Shown here: positions 13,761 to 24,260 of the stretch, piece by piece
Numbering within the stretch: position 1 is the stretch's first letter
How the letters are laid out: every line of letters begins with the position of its first letter
Source: the human T2T-CHM13v2.0 reference genome, Homo sapiens
Assembly: GCF_009914755.1 (NCBI RefSeq)
Contig: NC_060938.1
Length of the DNA: 64,000 bases
Reading direction: 5' to 3' (one strand)
The notes under the pieces: generated by a model
What the model was told of the DNA's origin: nothing
The model's database searches: none
Seen by the model: only the letters and a program-made list of their open reading frames with translations
Made by a program: the position numbers and the translations under genes

Positions 13761-15239
13761 GGCCATGGCCTGTGTGGCTGCCAGAGGCTCAGGAAACTGT
13801 TCTCCTGGGACCTTGCTGTCCAGGCAATACCCCACTGCCATGCCACAGGGGCTGCTGGAGACCTCACTTCCCTCCCTCCTCTGTAAAGCGCCCCGCTCCT
13901 TGCACGGCAGACTGGCTGGGTGGTGGCTAACCGGGCAGAGCAGGAACCAGCTGAGCTCAGGTCAGAGGGCAGAGCTGGACTGGCCAGGCAATGTGTGTGA
14001 TTCTACACTGGCTGAGCACTTCGCAAAGGGCACTGGATTCCAACTGACCGCAGGAGAGCCCAGGCCGGCCCCTCCTCCTCTACTCAGCACCAGGACCCAG
14101 CCAAGCCAGTGACCCAGAGGGGCTGGTCTTGTGCACAGATAAGAAGAGCCTGCGATTCGCAGGCTGGTCACCTGCCCCGGGACAAATTAGGCCCACAGGG
14201 CAAAGGTGAGCCCCTGCCCAGCCCTGCTCAAACGACTTCAAGTTCCAAACTCATCAGGTCCAAAGAGCAGACCCAAACATGCTTCTCTAAAAATGTGTTG
14301 AGAAAGAAGATTCTCTGTTCACACTGGCCCTCTGCCTGCTTCCACTTTGGGGTTCTGGGCAGACTTTTAGAAGCAAACTTCTCACCAATTACCAAGAGCA
14401 AAACAACTCCCAGAAGATCTGAGCCAGTGCCAGGCAGAGCAAGGAACAAACCCCTTTTGCAAAGAGTTTCCGCTCGGTCTCTGGAAATCCCAGGAGATGC
14501 CCCTCACATTGGCACCAGCTGCATCCACAGCCGACCAAGTCCCTCTCCACCCTGCCCCCGCCCACCCCAGCCCCTCGGCTGTCAGCAGCCAGCACCAGCT
14601 CCCCACGGACATGCAGGTCCAGCACCCCGCACTGAGCAGGCAGGGCAGCCACCCTGGGATGCAGTCGCCCCCCATCCCTCACAGTCACTGCAACTCTTGG
14701 GATTCTGGGCACCAGGGCCAGGGCTCCGCCCCACGCCATGCAAGGACGGCATGTATTCTGGGACACGGTCTTGGAGGAAGCCAGAGACTGACAAGGAGAG
14801 GAAGGCTCCAGAAGGCGAATCTTTCCTCATCTCCCATCACGCTGTTGCTGATCAATTAAAAGGAAGAACAGGAGGAACGCACTTCAGACGCGCTCTGCTT
14901 GTGGCTACGGCCAGGGAAGTGGGCCTCGCCGTGTCCCAGAATGATCCCAATACACTCAGAACGGGGCCTTTCTGGAGCAGATTGGAAAATCCCCCGGAGC
15001 GGGTGGGGGCCTTGCCAGCTGCTTGGGAAAATGTCTTTTCAAAGCTTAAGGCCGTCCTCTCCTCATTTCCCTCCCATTCAGGCTGTGAGCTGCGCAGCCC
15101 CGTGCCGCGGGAGGGAGGCAGGAGCCTCAGAGAGGAATCCAGCCTGTGCCCCTCACCTTTGCTCAAGGAGGCTCCACCCAGAGCCGGAGACAGTCCTGGC
15201 CAGAGACAGTGGCAATCTTGCAGGATAACAGAGGGCCGA

Positions 15240-15660
15240 GCACTGTGCTACAGGGACCAGAGGAGAGGTGCAAGATCCAGGAAGGCTTCCTGGAGGAGGT
15301 GGCTCCTAAGTGAGTAGGAGTAAGTCAGAAAATAAATGAGGGAAGGAAATCCCAGAGGGCAGGAGAAGAGGTGCAAAGGTCAACAGTGTGAGCAGAAGTG
15401 ACTTGTGAGCAGGGCTGCGACACAGCATGTGTGGCAGTGAAGACAGAGTAGGCCGGCCCTAGCAGAGAGATGGCTGTAGGAAGAGTGGACAGGCAAACTT
15501 GGGGTGGGGCATCTGTGCCAGAGTGTGGGCTTTACCTGGAGAGCAGCGGGAGCCTTGGAGGGCTTCAAGTAGGAGGTGACACAGCCAGGGTTCATGTCTT
15601 GGAAAGGTTACTCTGGTAGCCACAGAGCACAGGGCAGAGTGGAGAGAGACAAGCCATGGG
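15240..15660 (-). mobile_element. L2 fragment
   Basis: CAGGAAGGCTTCCTGGAGGAGGTG, GTGCAAAGG, GGGAGCCTTGGAGGGCTTCAAG, GGAAAGGTTACTCTGG. Confidence 0.8.
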
Positions 15661-16386
15661 GGGGAGCCGGGAACATCCTTTCTGATTCACAGCTGAATAT
15701 TCCCCACCCTCTCCACCTGGCCCCTTCACCAGCCTCACAGTCCCTGTGCTATGATTTTCCAACCTCTGAGCCTTCACATATGCTGTTCCTTCTGCCTTTC
15801 CTTGCTCTCTGACTGTAGGACAAATGCTCAGGGGTAGGCAGGATGGCCTCCTGGTTCACCTCCCTGTCCACCCCTCTTCTGGCAGCAGCCTGGCCATGCC
15901 CAGGTGTGACAACTCTCTGGTCGGGAGTCGAACTTCGACCTCCCTGCCAGGCTGGGAGCCCAAGAAGAGCAGGAATGTGCCTCTTCCCCCTGAATCCTGA
16001 GCCCTCAGGCAGAGTGAGGCATACGGGGAGTGGGGTCTCAAGAAAAGCTTGAAATGTTGGATGAAAGGGTGTCCCGGGAGGCCTGCATCTGAGGTCACTG
16101 TGAATCCACATGGCCTTGCCTCTAGCTCGCACCCAAACAGACCAGCCCATGGGGACGAGTTCAATTTGCCCATCCTGGGCAGGATGACAGAGACTGGCTG
16201 AGTTTCTATTAAACCATCTCCCTTTTCCCTATAGCCCAAAGCACCCTATGGCTGAGTGCCACCTGGTGCAATGCGCTCACCCCTTCAGCCTGACCCCTAA
16301 CAATGACCCATAGGTCTGCTCTCACTCTCCCCCGCCTACCAGGGTGATGGAGACACCCAGTGGGGGCTCCAGGGCCCTAGGGGTGG

Positions 16387-16799
16387 TGGAGTGGAATTCC
16401 GTGGGAGCCACCCAGCGTCCCCATCTGGGAAAAGAATGTCCTCCCCCACCTCTGGGTGAGCTGAGTGGCAGCTCTCTGCTGCTGGCCCTCTCCAGAAGGT
16501 GACTCGGTTGAAGAGGGCTCCCTCACCCAAACCATGCCCCTTCCCAGCGGGGGCCAAAGCCAGTATCTGCCAGCAGGGGGGTCTCAAGGGCCCAGCCCTC
16601 CACCTTGGCCTGGGTCACTCTGGGTAGCCTTCCCAGCTGTAGAGCTCCCTGTGGGGTCATCTGAGGATCCCATAGAAACAGCACCATGGCCCGCCTTCAC
16701 TCTCCCTCTGCCTGGCCCTGCCATGGGAATTGATGGCAGGTGGCCGTCAAGCCCATCACCACTTCGGAGTCTGCTTCCCGGGAAGCCCGGCCTGCGACG
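16387..16799 (+). mobile_element. 5' LTR (LTR16A-like) of an ERVL provirus
   Basis: CCCAGCTGTAGAGCTCCCTGTGGGGTC and the end GAGTCTGCTTCCCGGGAAGCCCGGCCTGCGAC match recalled LTR16A; homologous to 19294-19595. Confidence 0.75.
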
Positions 16800-19293
16800 C
16801 ATGGTGCCAGGAGTGGTCTAAGCATACAGCCATGGAAATGGGACTGGGGAGTTGATCACCCACCCCCTAGCTGGCTATGACCCCTATTGCTGGGTCCAGG
16901 TGGAGCACAGGAAGCTCTGGTGGGAGGAAGACCTGCAGTCACGGAAATGCTCACCAGGGCAGACGGGGCTGGTGTTTGGTGAAGGGGAGTGGGGGTGGTG
17001 AGATGCAGCCGGCATCTGGGGATACTTGGGGATCCGGGGAAACCGCAGCTGTAGGGAGAGGGGAATGGGATGTGGCTGTTGCACAGCTCAGTCAATGCTT
17101 GACTGGACGTGATTAACCAGCAAGGAGAGGCCACGTGTGGGGAAAGCCACCAGGCCCCCTTGGCAGGCCGCTGATCACAGGACTTAATCATACCAAAGGC
17201 CGAGTTTCCGCCCCAGGCAGTTCTGCTCTGCCAAGGTCAAGACCATGGTTGAGAACCATTAAGTCCCTGACACATGGGACAGTGACTTCTGAGTTGATGC
17301 AAATTCCCAGAATCCCCTGCACTCCTGGAGCCTACAAAAGTCGCCCACTTGTCCCTGCGAAGGGCAAACGTCACTGCTTGCAGAATTCTCCTCACTACAG
17401 GACAGCAGGCACCCCCTCAACACTCCCCTCCACCGACCCTCCTGGCCTGGAGGTCAGGGCGCAGCATAGCTCCTCCAGGATCACGGTGGAAAGGGGAGGG
17501 GACCGGACTGCAGAGGATTTGACACTTGGCCAGCACAGGACTGGATTCTGAGGTGCTGGCCACGGGAGTGGGACATAAAGTTGGATGAGGGAGTTTCTCG
17601 CTCTGGGAGCACTTTCCTAGGGTGTGGGATAGAACACCCTGGCGAGCAGCATGGGGGATGGTACAGACACACTGGCAGAATGGCACCGAGAAGCACGGAG
17701 AAAGTGGCAGCCCACACTAAGGGAGGTGTCGATGCCAGAATTGCTGTGGCAGATGGTGGGAGGATTGAGCAAAAGGTTCAGAGATGTGGGCGTGTTATCA
17801 CGGGTACAACGCAGAAGGCCGAAACGTCCGCCGGACAGCTACTTTCCATGGGAGGACCTGGAAGATGCACCATTTACCAAAGTACCCAGGAAGGAACCAG
17901 CACCCCTGAGAAGCTCAGCAGCGGCTGTCCTGTATAAGCTGGGACTCACTGGGGAGATACCCTTTCAGCCAGGCTCACTGGCAGCAAAGAAGCTAAGAGG
18001 GTCCTGAAACAAGAGAGGGAAGAGGGCTGCGCTTCACCACTGAAGCCAGGGGAAACAACGACTGTAATGAGCAGCAAGGTCAGACTGGCAGCCGGGGGGC
18101 CATGCAAACAGTTAATCTAGCCAATAGAACATGGGCAAAATGGGTGGGCAGCCAATGAGAGTCAGGCACAGTCTGCACCATGAAAAGAAATCAAGAATGG
18201 GCCATCAGGATACTGAAGACAGTGGCCCCAATTAAAGGTCACAATTCTTGGCCCAATTTCTGATCCTGAGACAGTTTTTAGACCAGGATCCATTGACTGA
18301 AGGTGCAGCCAGTCCCCAGGAGGAAGGACCCTGGACCACCACACGTGTACGTGGTAGTAGCTCCCCGGATCTTCCCCGTATGAATCTAAGGCGACTTATC
18401 TGAGTATCTTTACACTGGGGAAGGGAGAATGCCCAACCATTTGGAGACTGTGGACACGGAGTTTAAAGTGACTCTGACACCAGAGACTGAATGATCCTGT
18501 TAGAATGAGGCCTGTGAAGCCTACATAATAAGTTGGGTCCTGACCCAGGTGGGGTCCCCATGAGTCCCTTGGGTCTGTGGACCTACCCAGTAGTTACTTC
18601 CCTGCTTCTTACAACCCTCACCTTGGCCTTGTCTGAAACTATCTTCCCCCACCTGGGTCAAGAGAGTAAACTAAAAATAACATCACTAACAGGGGAATGG
18701 CACAAATGAACATCATCTTTAAAGACCTAAAGGATGCAAGGGTGGTAGTCCCAGCATATGTCCATTTAATTTTCTGGCCTGGCTCCAGAAAAATCTGAGG
18801 GATCTTGAACAATGGCAGTAGATTAATACAAACTCAACAATGTAGTTGCCCCAACTGCAGTTTCTGTGCCAGATGCAATTTGTTAGCAGATTCATATGGC
18901 TTTGGGTGCATGGTATAGGGCCATTGCATTCTTTTTGAAAGAGGCTAGAAGACAATTTGCATTGACCTGGAATGGACAATAGTATACATTTACAGTCTTG
19001 TGATGGGGCTGTGTTCTTGCTCCCATCTCTGCCATGTTATAGATAAAGGTAACCCATAGGTAAGCCATGGAGGTGAGCAGAGTGCAAGCTGAGGCTGAAG
19101 GGAACTTAGACAGTAGAGAAGGAAGATAATGAAGGTCACTTGCAGCCCTAAGGCCAGCTGCAGCAGAAGGGCTAGAGTTTGTCCATTTACCTTCCTCTTC
19201 TGTGTTCCTGTTAGGAAGAGAGGCCACCAGAATCCTGAAGAAGTGGTCCCAGAAGGCATGTGAAGAGGTGATTCTGAGCAGTCAGGGCCAGCC
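16800..19293 (+). mobile_element. ERV3-16A3/HERV16-like ERVL internal region (decayed gag, pro and RT; large pol deletion)
   Basis: ORF 17651-18007 (PTLREVSMPELLWQ...PWEDLEDAPFTK...LRSSAAAVL) is ERVL gag-like. A decayed protease LDTG-like region lies near 18450. RT motifs KDLKDAxVV, GSxxMxVD and QFAxTWxGQxYTFTVL, with stops and frameshifts, lie at ~18720-19030. Confidence 0.85.
16802..16816 (+). other. Primer-binding site complementary to the tRNA-Leu 3' end
   Basis: TGGTGCCAGGAGTGG just after the LTR; tRNA-Leu(CAG) would give TGGTGTCAGGAGTGG (1 mismatch), as expected for ERVL. Confidence 0.75.
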
Positions 19294-19595
19294 TGTCGTG
19301 AATGCTGGTAGCTAGAAGGGCTAGTGCTGCCAGTCCACCACCCTCAGCTCTCAGGCCTCTGGGACTGAGTTGGCTGAAGAAAGCTGCACATGGCCATGCC
19401 TTCTCGGGGGGCAGCCCACATCCAGTGACTGGTCAGTGTGACAGCATAAAGGCCACCCCCTTCGGCCATACTTAGAACCATTCTGAAGGGCTGTCCCAGC
19501 TCCCGAGACCCCCATGGGGTTGCGGAGGCCTTGGTGAGACTTCATTGCAGCTCAGCCTCCCCCTCTGCAACATCTGCTTCCTTCCTTTCCTTCCT
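19294..19595 (+). mobile_element. 3' LTR (LTR16A-like), 3'-truncated
   Basis: Starts TGT; GGCAGCCCACATCCAGTGACTGGTC, ATAAAGGCC, TTCTGAAGGGCTGTCCCAGCTCC, CATTGCAGCTCA. Confidence 0.85.
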
Positions 19596-21077
19596 GGCCC
19601 AGAAAAGCCACTGCCAGCCCCTCACAGACCCGTCGGGTAAGACGGCACCAGCCTCATGGTTCTCATCACCCCCCACCCCGGCCCAGGTCCACCCCATGCC
19701 CCACAACCCCCTAGCGGCTGGATTTTCTCCCCCTGACTCACTGAGGTGTAAAGTGAACTGCCTGAGCCGAGCTGGGCAGCTCCTTGGCCAATTTCAGTGG
19801 CGTGTGCTGCATAAACATTCCCGCCACTAATGAAGGCCTCTGAAGAGGCCTGCTCCCGGGGGACCCCCGGCTTCCTGCTCCTCGGGTGTGGTGTGGGAAC
19901 AGGAACATCTCTCGGGCGTCCTCATTGGGGGGCAGCTGGAGTCCACGGCAGCGGAGCAGGCCGTGGCTGAGCAGGCCAGGCAGTGGGGGCAGGCCAGGAG
20001 GAGAGCCATCCCGGGCCTCAGGAGTGCCAAGCCCACCGCATCCGCTCAGCCTGGCCACGCTGAGCAGCTGCCGTCCACCAGGCCCTGCGATGGGTGCAGG
20101 AGTTACAGGTGAGGAAGCCCAGGCTCAGGCCAGGGACCACCCAAGGTTACAGAGTGGGGAAATAAAGGACCTGAGACTGGAACCCGGGCCTGGCTGCTGA
20201 TGGTGTTCCCTCCCCTGCAGCTCAGTGTGGCCGACAGGCCCCAGGTGGAGGACGGGACCTTCTCCACACACCTTCCCGATGCCCAGGGAAACCTGGTCTT
20301 AGGCGTCTGGGGCACTGCTAGCTGTGTGTGTGCCAGCATGTGTGATGCTGGTAATGCAGATCCCACACCTGGGGGTCCTGCCTGGATTATCCTTCCAAGC
20401 CCATCTGGGATACTGGAGTCCCTGCCTCCAGGAAGAAGCACGAGAGTCCACGAGCTTTAAAGGAAGCAAGGGATGCTCACCTCTGCCCACAGCTGTTGCT
20501 CTGCTGGTAAAAGGCTGTGACCTGAGTTTCCATCCTCTGCCTTGGTCACCCCACAGGGCAGATGGTGTTGGGACCTCAGCTGTGCCATACTCCTCCTGGG
20601 TGATTGCAAGTAAGGGACTCTGCCTCCGTGGGGCTCAGTTCTCACCCAGGAGAGCCACCAGGGCTGCAAGGCACTCAGGTACCTACAAACACCTGCTGGT
20701 CAGGCGTTTGCACGTTAGACTCCTCATCTCTTAGACGGCCCCCATGTGGCCCGAATCTTCTTCCAAACTGCGCCACCTTTGCTGAGAGTTGGATGGGATG
20801 CACCTGGGAAGGCATCTGGATTCATCACATGGAGCAGGGGACCCTTTCAATCAGAGACCACTTCCAGAAAGGTGCGGAAGCAGCCACTGAGTGCTCTCCC
20901 GCTACCCGCCCCCGTGGGAATCTGGCTTTAAGCCTGGATCACAGTGAGGAGGGCCTTTGATCTTGTCTGGGGCCAGAATGGACTAGAACGACCACATGCA
21001 GGGGACCCACAGCAACCCCGCAGGATGCGCCTCTCCCGGGATCTCATTCTCCCCAGTGAAAGCCTCTGAGGTGCTTG

Positions 21078-21157
21078 GGGCCTCAGAATGCAAGAGGGGC
21101 CTGGGAAGTTGGAGGGGATTAGGATTTGGGGCCTTGAATACCAGTCTGTGGAGTCTG
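21078..21157. repeat. 80-bp inverted repeat, arm 1 (partner 22361-22440)
   Basis: 76/80 identical, without gaps, to the reverse complement of 22361-22440. Confidence 0.97.
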
Positions 21158-22360
21158 CGCTTCTCATCGCCACCCCACCCTGGGTCAGCCTGCAGGAGCA
21201 GGCACCACAACGCCAGCCCTGCAAAGAGAGCACCCACTGAGCTGTAGGCCGTGTGGGGCCCCCAAACCCAGTCCCAGAGGTGAAGGACAAAGTAAGGTGA
21301 GGTCAAGCATGTCCCATGCTGCTGCTGTCTCCCTAGAGGGCCACCTATCGCCCTGAGATGGGCTCCAACCCTTTTTGCATCCAAATACCGTTCCTTTGTG
21401 GAGTGACGGTACCAGTCAAGGGTAGCTGGCATTTTGTTTTTGTTTTCAATGCTCTTAACTTGGCAAAATACGAACTTGGCACCCTACGACAGGAACTAAA
21501 GTTGATTTTTGAAATTTTAATTGTTTGCGAAATCCACGGGCCTGGGACTTCGTCTGAATCATCTCATTTTGTTCCTACAACAGAACCCACAGGATGGGGC
21601 ACAGGGTGCCCACATTGCAAGTGAGGAGATGATGGGAGGGAAGGGCCTGCCAAGGTCTCACACCATGGGGGACGGGGGTGCGGCTGGAGCTCCCCTCCCT
21701 CCCTGACTCGGCCCCACCCCACTGCTCCCTCCTGTCCTAGGACCAGCCCCCACCCTCCTCAGATGGAGGCCTCTCTGGTCCCATGCGGCCAGCAGCAGAT
21801 GGAAGGACAGACATCCTGGCATTGGCCTCCAATGTGGATCAGCCTGCCCTGACTGAGGGCTCCCCTGCACCTCCCTTAGCATGTGGCTGCCACAGTGAGA
21901 CCCTCAGCCCCATTCCTGTCTCCCCTGGCAGGTTGGAAAGCCAGCCCCCAGAACAGGCACTGCGCAGACTCAGCGCTCCTGGCCCTGCCAGCCCACGGGC
22001 CCCCTCCATGTCCAGGCTCCAGCCCACAGACAAGGAGGCTTGGCCTGGGGTAGTGAGCCCTGGGTCCTGGGCTGCCCTACCTGGGCTATAGGCAGCCCCA
22101 CTAACCTGAAATGGCCTGGACAGACTAAAGGGTCTAACTGCAGTTACTCAATGAGAATGAGGACAAGTTGTTTGCCGTGGCTATGTGCCAAGGGCTCCAA
22201 CTGAGGTCTTGCCTCTCCTCGAGAGACATCTGGGAAGGGAGAAAGCGTGTCTGCACCAGGCCCCTCAGGGGCAGCCCCATCCTCACCACTCCATGCTCTT
22301 CAGGGCAAGGGCGAGCTCACACTGGCCAACCTGCTCCCTCCAAGCTTTTCCAGTAAACAC

Positions 22361-22440
22361 CAGACTCCACAGACTGGTATTCAAGACCCCAAATGCTACC
22401 CCCCTCCAACTTCCCAGGCCCCTCTTGCATTCTGAGGCCC
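22361..22440. repeat. 80-bp inverted repeat, arm 2, within an L2 fragment (~22340-22600)
   Basis: Direct comparison with arm 1. CTGGTATTCAAGACCC and downstream CATGCTGTCCCCTGTG resemble the L2 sense strand. Confidence 0.95.
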
Positions 22441-22639
22441 AGCCAGATGCCACCATCCCCTTCACTCATGCTGTCCCCTGTGACCGGAGTGCCCCGCCTC
22501 CCCTCCCCCTCACTTACTGGGTCTGTTCACCCCGCCCGGTCCCAGAGTCAGCCCAGCAGCACTCCCACCTCCCTGGTGCCTCTCTGGTGCCCCCTCTGGA
22601 AGGTCTCTTCAAGCTCTGAATCATGGTGGCACCTTCTCA

Positions 22640-22772
22640 GAGGCTCCATGTTTTCCTCTGTAAAGCAGGCACGGCAGTAGTGCCTAGCTTGGAAGGCTGT
22701 TGTGCGGGCCAAATAGGCAAGACAGTAGATGTCAATCTCAGTGACTCATGCTTATTAGCTGCTCAGTAAATG
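22640..22772 (+). mobile_element. MIR fragment
   Basis: TTTTCCTCTGTAAA...GGCTGTTGTG...GCTCAGTAAAT. Confidence 0.6.
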
Positions 22773-22839
22773 GGGGGTTGATTGGGAACATGATCACTGC
22801 TCGTCCCCCTTGGCTGTGGGAGGTGCTCCCTTCTCCACC

Positions 22840-23900
22840 CACTCCGCAAGTGCTGGCCTTTCCTGGAGCTCTCTCTGTATCCACTGGCCTTCTTCCTCTG
22901 CCACTCTCCCTGAGCAATCTCACCCTTTTCATGGCCTTAGCCACCATCCATGTCTGTCCTCAGCAGCCTCTCTCCTGGGCTCTACAGTGGCGTGTCCAGC
23001 TGCATTCAGACACGTTCACCTGGATGACCCTTAAGGGCCTCGAGTCAGCATTTCCAACACAGACACGCTATCCATCCCTTCTGACCTGGCAGTCTCTGCT
23101 AGTTAGGTGCTACAATATTGTTTCCAACACCACTCTTGATACCAAATCCTGTATTCTTTAGGAATGCCTTTGGCTACAAATAACAGAAGTCTCAGTGAAT
23201 AACGAGTGGCTTCAGCAGAGTGGTTTGTTTTTCTGGCATAACAAGGAGCCTGTGGGTCGGTGCTTGCTGGCATGGGTCTCCCGACCTGAGGCCGGGCCCT
23301 ATTGGCTTCTTCTGGCCTTAGCTTCATTGTTTCAAGATGGCTGCCCCCGCTCCAAACATTCAAACAGTGTTCAAAGGCAGGAAGTAGGAAGAGGGGCGGG
23401 AAGGGCACTCCTCTTCACATAGCTTCTGTCTTGAGGGAAGACAAGTCTTCCCTAGAAGCCCCCAGTGAATGTCCCCATAGATCTCATCAGCCATAACTGG
23501 CTTACATGGCCACTCCTAGCTGCAAGGGAGTCTAGGAAGGCAGCATCCACAGTGGTGATCCGCACTGCCCTGTCACTCTTGCCAGAGACCTGTACCCTCC
23601 CCAGCCCCACCGGAACAGCCAGCACCCCCACTGCACTCTGCCTTCGCCCCCTCCTCAGCATCACTGATGCAGAGTTCCCCCCCGCCACCCTTTTCTGACA
23701 CACTCTGGGTCCCCTTCAGCTCTCTCCTGGCCCCCAGTCCACCTGCTCCAGTCCATGAAACAAGAAAAGTGATATTTTTCAAATCCAAACCTTTCCACAA
23801 CCTCTGGCTTCTCTGGGAAAAGTTCAAGCTCCTTCATCTGTCTTCCAAGTCCTCCTGAATGGGCCCTGCTTATCCTTCCACCCTCACCTCCCACCATTCA
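22840..23900 (+). mobile_element. L2 fragments (22840-23090 and ~23650-23900) flanking an MLT1 insertion
   Basis: ACTCTCCCTGAGCAATCTCA, CACCTGGATG, AAGTGATATTTTTCAAAT, AAGTTCAAGCTCCTT. Confidence 0.6.
23150..23550 (-). mobile_element. Old MLT1 (K/L-type) LTR
   Basis: GGCTACAAATAACAGAA, CAAGATGGCTGCC, CATGGCCACTCCTAGCTGCAAGGGAG. Confidence 0.8.
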
Positions 23901-23949
23901 CCAATAACACCCAGACTTAGTATAGATCCCCCTTAAGCCAACCCTAGTC

Positions 23950-24260
23950 AGGGAATGGAGTGCTTGTGGTTTTGGTGGGCAGGGACCCCAGGAAGGGAGC
24001 AGGAAAGTTAGCCGGGCAGGAAGGAGCTAAGAAGAGCGTGCTGAAAAGCACCTCACCAGGTGGGGAACCCAAGCTGATCCCCGGTGCAGAACGCTCATGA
24101 GGGGCAAGGGAGCTGAGTACTTACTCTCCTCTCTCAAAGATCACTGGCCGACGGCTGCTGCTTGAGGGGCAGGGTGGGAGTGAATTCTCTGGTTCCTGTG
24201 ACTTTCCAGACTGACTGCTCCCTCGGGCAAAGGGTGCAGACTCTTGCAGCAGGAGCGTGG
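23950..24260 (-). mobile_element. LTR33-like ERVL LTR
   Basis: CCCAGGAAG...GGAAAGTTAG...GGGCAAGGGAGCTGAGTA...CACTGGCCGA follow the order of the recalled LTR33 antisense strand. Confidence 0.55.

Noticed and set aside
14109-15317. Longest ORF (402 aa)
   Set aside because: GTG start, no recognisable domain, P/R/S/G-rich composition typical of chance GC-rich ORFs, and it ends inside an L2.
19860-20090. CpG-rich patches (also ~4270-4430, ~12280-12370, ~33700-33850) as CpG-island promoters
   Set aside because: Too short and sparse against the high-GC background; no supportable TSS.
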